DNA of 63,575 bases, the filler included, from Octopus bimaculoides (lineage: Eukaryota): the NCBI RefSeq assembly GCF_001194135.2. It is 5 parts of 5 records of this genome, joined end to end, with 100 filler letters (N's around TTAATTAATTAA, not from the genome) between each part and the next. Parts side by side here need not be neighbours in the genome. Positions count along the whole stretch, not along the records: positions 62,268 to 63,575 come from NC_069001.1; 4 more parts are not named here. One strand, written 5' to 3'. Shown piece after piece: positions 62,307 to 63,575 of the stretch (the stretch's first letter is position 1; each line of letters opens with the position of its first letter). The notes under the pieces were generated by a model. The model saw only the letters and a list, made by a program, of their open reading frames with translations. It was not told where the DNA came from and did no database searches. The position numbers were made by a program, and so were the translations under genes.

Positions 62307-63575
62307 TAGGTACCTGTGCTTGTAAGTTTGTGCGTAGGTGTGTATATATGGTGGTTATATATGCATATATGTGTATATATGTGTGTATGTATATATATAT
62401 ATTTGTATATATTTTTTTGTATATATATATGTATATGAGAGGCTATACAAGAAGGCATGGGTTTTTGTGTGTATACGCACACATGTAGGTGTGGATGTGC
62501 AAGTATACGTATGTGTACTTGTGTGGAGATATAGGTGTGTGTGTAAGCCTGTATGGATATGCATGTGTATAGTTATGTATACACATGTGTATATTGGTGT
62601 GAATGTATATCCGGAGAGGGGTACAGGTATATCTGTGGGTTTGTAGGTGTATGTATGTATATTTGTTTCAGCGTGAGTATAGAGAGGTATAGATATGGAT
62701 ACCCCACTACCCTAGTCTACCACTGATATGTTACTCCATACTCCTGTTAGCAATAACCTACATAAACCTAACTTATACACTTAATCTAAGAACCCTTCAC
62801 ATAAGAACCTTGCAGAAAACACACGTGTGACTAGTTTTTCGTACTTACCAGCACTAAGTAATTAAATGCACCCAAGCACTAACAATCTAGCATAGTACCC
62901 CAACTATAGCAGATATAACCCCCAACTATAAATATAAATATAAACCCTTATGAACCATCGGATAATATATTATAGCTAAACAACCTGATACATCGAAACC
63001 TATAGATGCTTACACCCCCTACTTGATACCTGTATCTAAACACAAACACCCGTAATTGTATCTAGAACTGATATAACGCCCTCCCTACGACCAAAGTAGA
63101 GCAGTATTATACAATTAAATATATTAAATTAATTAAAATTCACTGGTTATCCCATTTAACTATACGCAAATAACACCGTTAGACGCCTCCAACGTATACA
63201 TATCCATGTCAGCTCTTTTAGTTAACACCCATTAAAAAAAAAAACACATAATTAACACATTGCCACACCTTGAATATTTAATATTTAATATTCTATATCT
63301 TACTAGTATACGTTTTAGCACTGAATAACTACAGGTAAGCACAACACGTAGATATTCAACGGCCATGTAAACAATTAACACTTGTCCATTCTGGTCCATT
63401 TTTGTCCCTGTTTATGAATTCTTCTTTTTGTCTTTTGACAGCCTAAAGATTCCCAATCCAGCTCATATCTTACTATAGTCAATTCAAACATGAACAAGCA
63501 AGAAAAAACACGAAAAAACACGAAAAAACACAACAACGCGAGGACGTGGAATAAATACAGTGTTATTGGATGCTC

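Noticed and set aside
62700-63300. A/C-rich tract vaguely like a decayed Penelope endonuclease region
   Set aside because: No diagnostic motif could be recovered with confidence.

Overview
Repeat-dense, AT-rich animal genomic DNA from a gapped draft assembly. The SINE, RTE, Dong/R4 and MITE families and the heavy microsatellite load suggest an octopus (coleoid cephalopod); this is inferred, not searched. One host gene can be reconstructed on the minus strand from splice signals. An 801-nt Ser/Thr-rich mucin-stalk exon (48552-49352) is followed by three small exons (42161-42270, 37571-37629, 33645-33814). All introns are GT-AG and phase-compatible, and the exons splice into a complete SEA domain with a G-S autoproteolysis-type site (GFKRG/STLV). 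The product is probably a membrane mucin-like or adhesion-receptor ectodomain; its first and 3' exons were not found. The rest is mostly decayed transposons: RTE, Dong/R4 and Tx1-like LINEs, Penelope-like elements, Helitrons, mariner/Tc1, a Gypsy fragment, MITEs and several SINE families. The most notable non-coding signals are: three Penelope terminal repeats that each carry a minimal hammerhead ribozyme with a different lesion; two ~1-kb foldback palindromes each directly upstream of a Helitron remnant; an 86-nt near-perfect hairpin; a palindromic Tc1 derivative; and head-to-tail SINE trains in (ATT)n tracts. I found no convincing wholly new biological system. Coordinates were counted by hand, and element edges are approximate unless a TSD or splice site is given.
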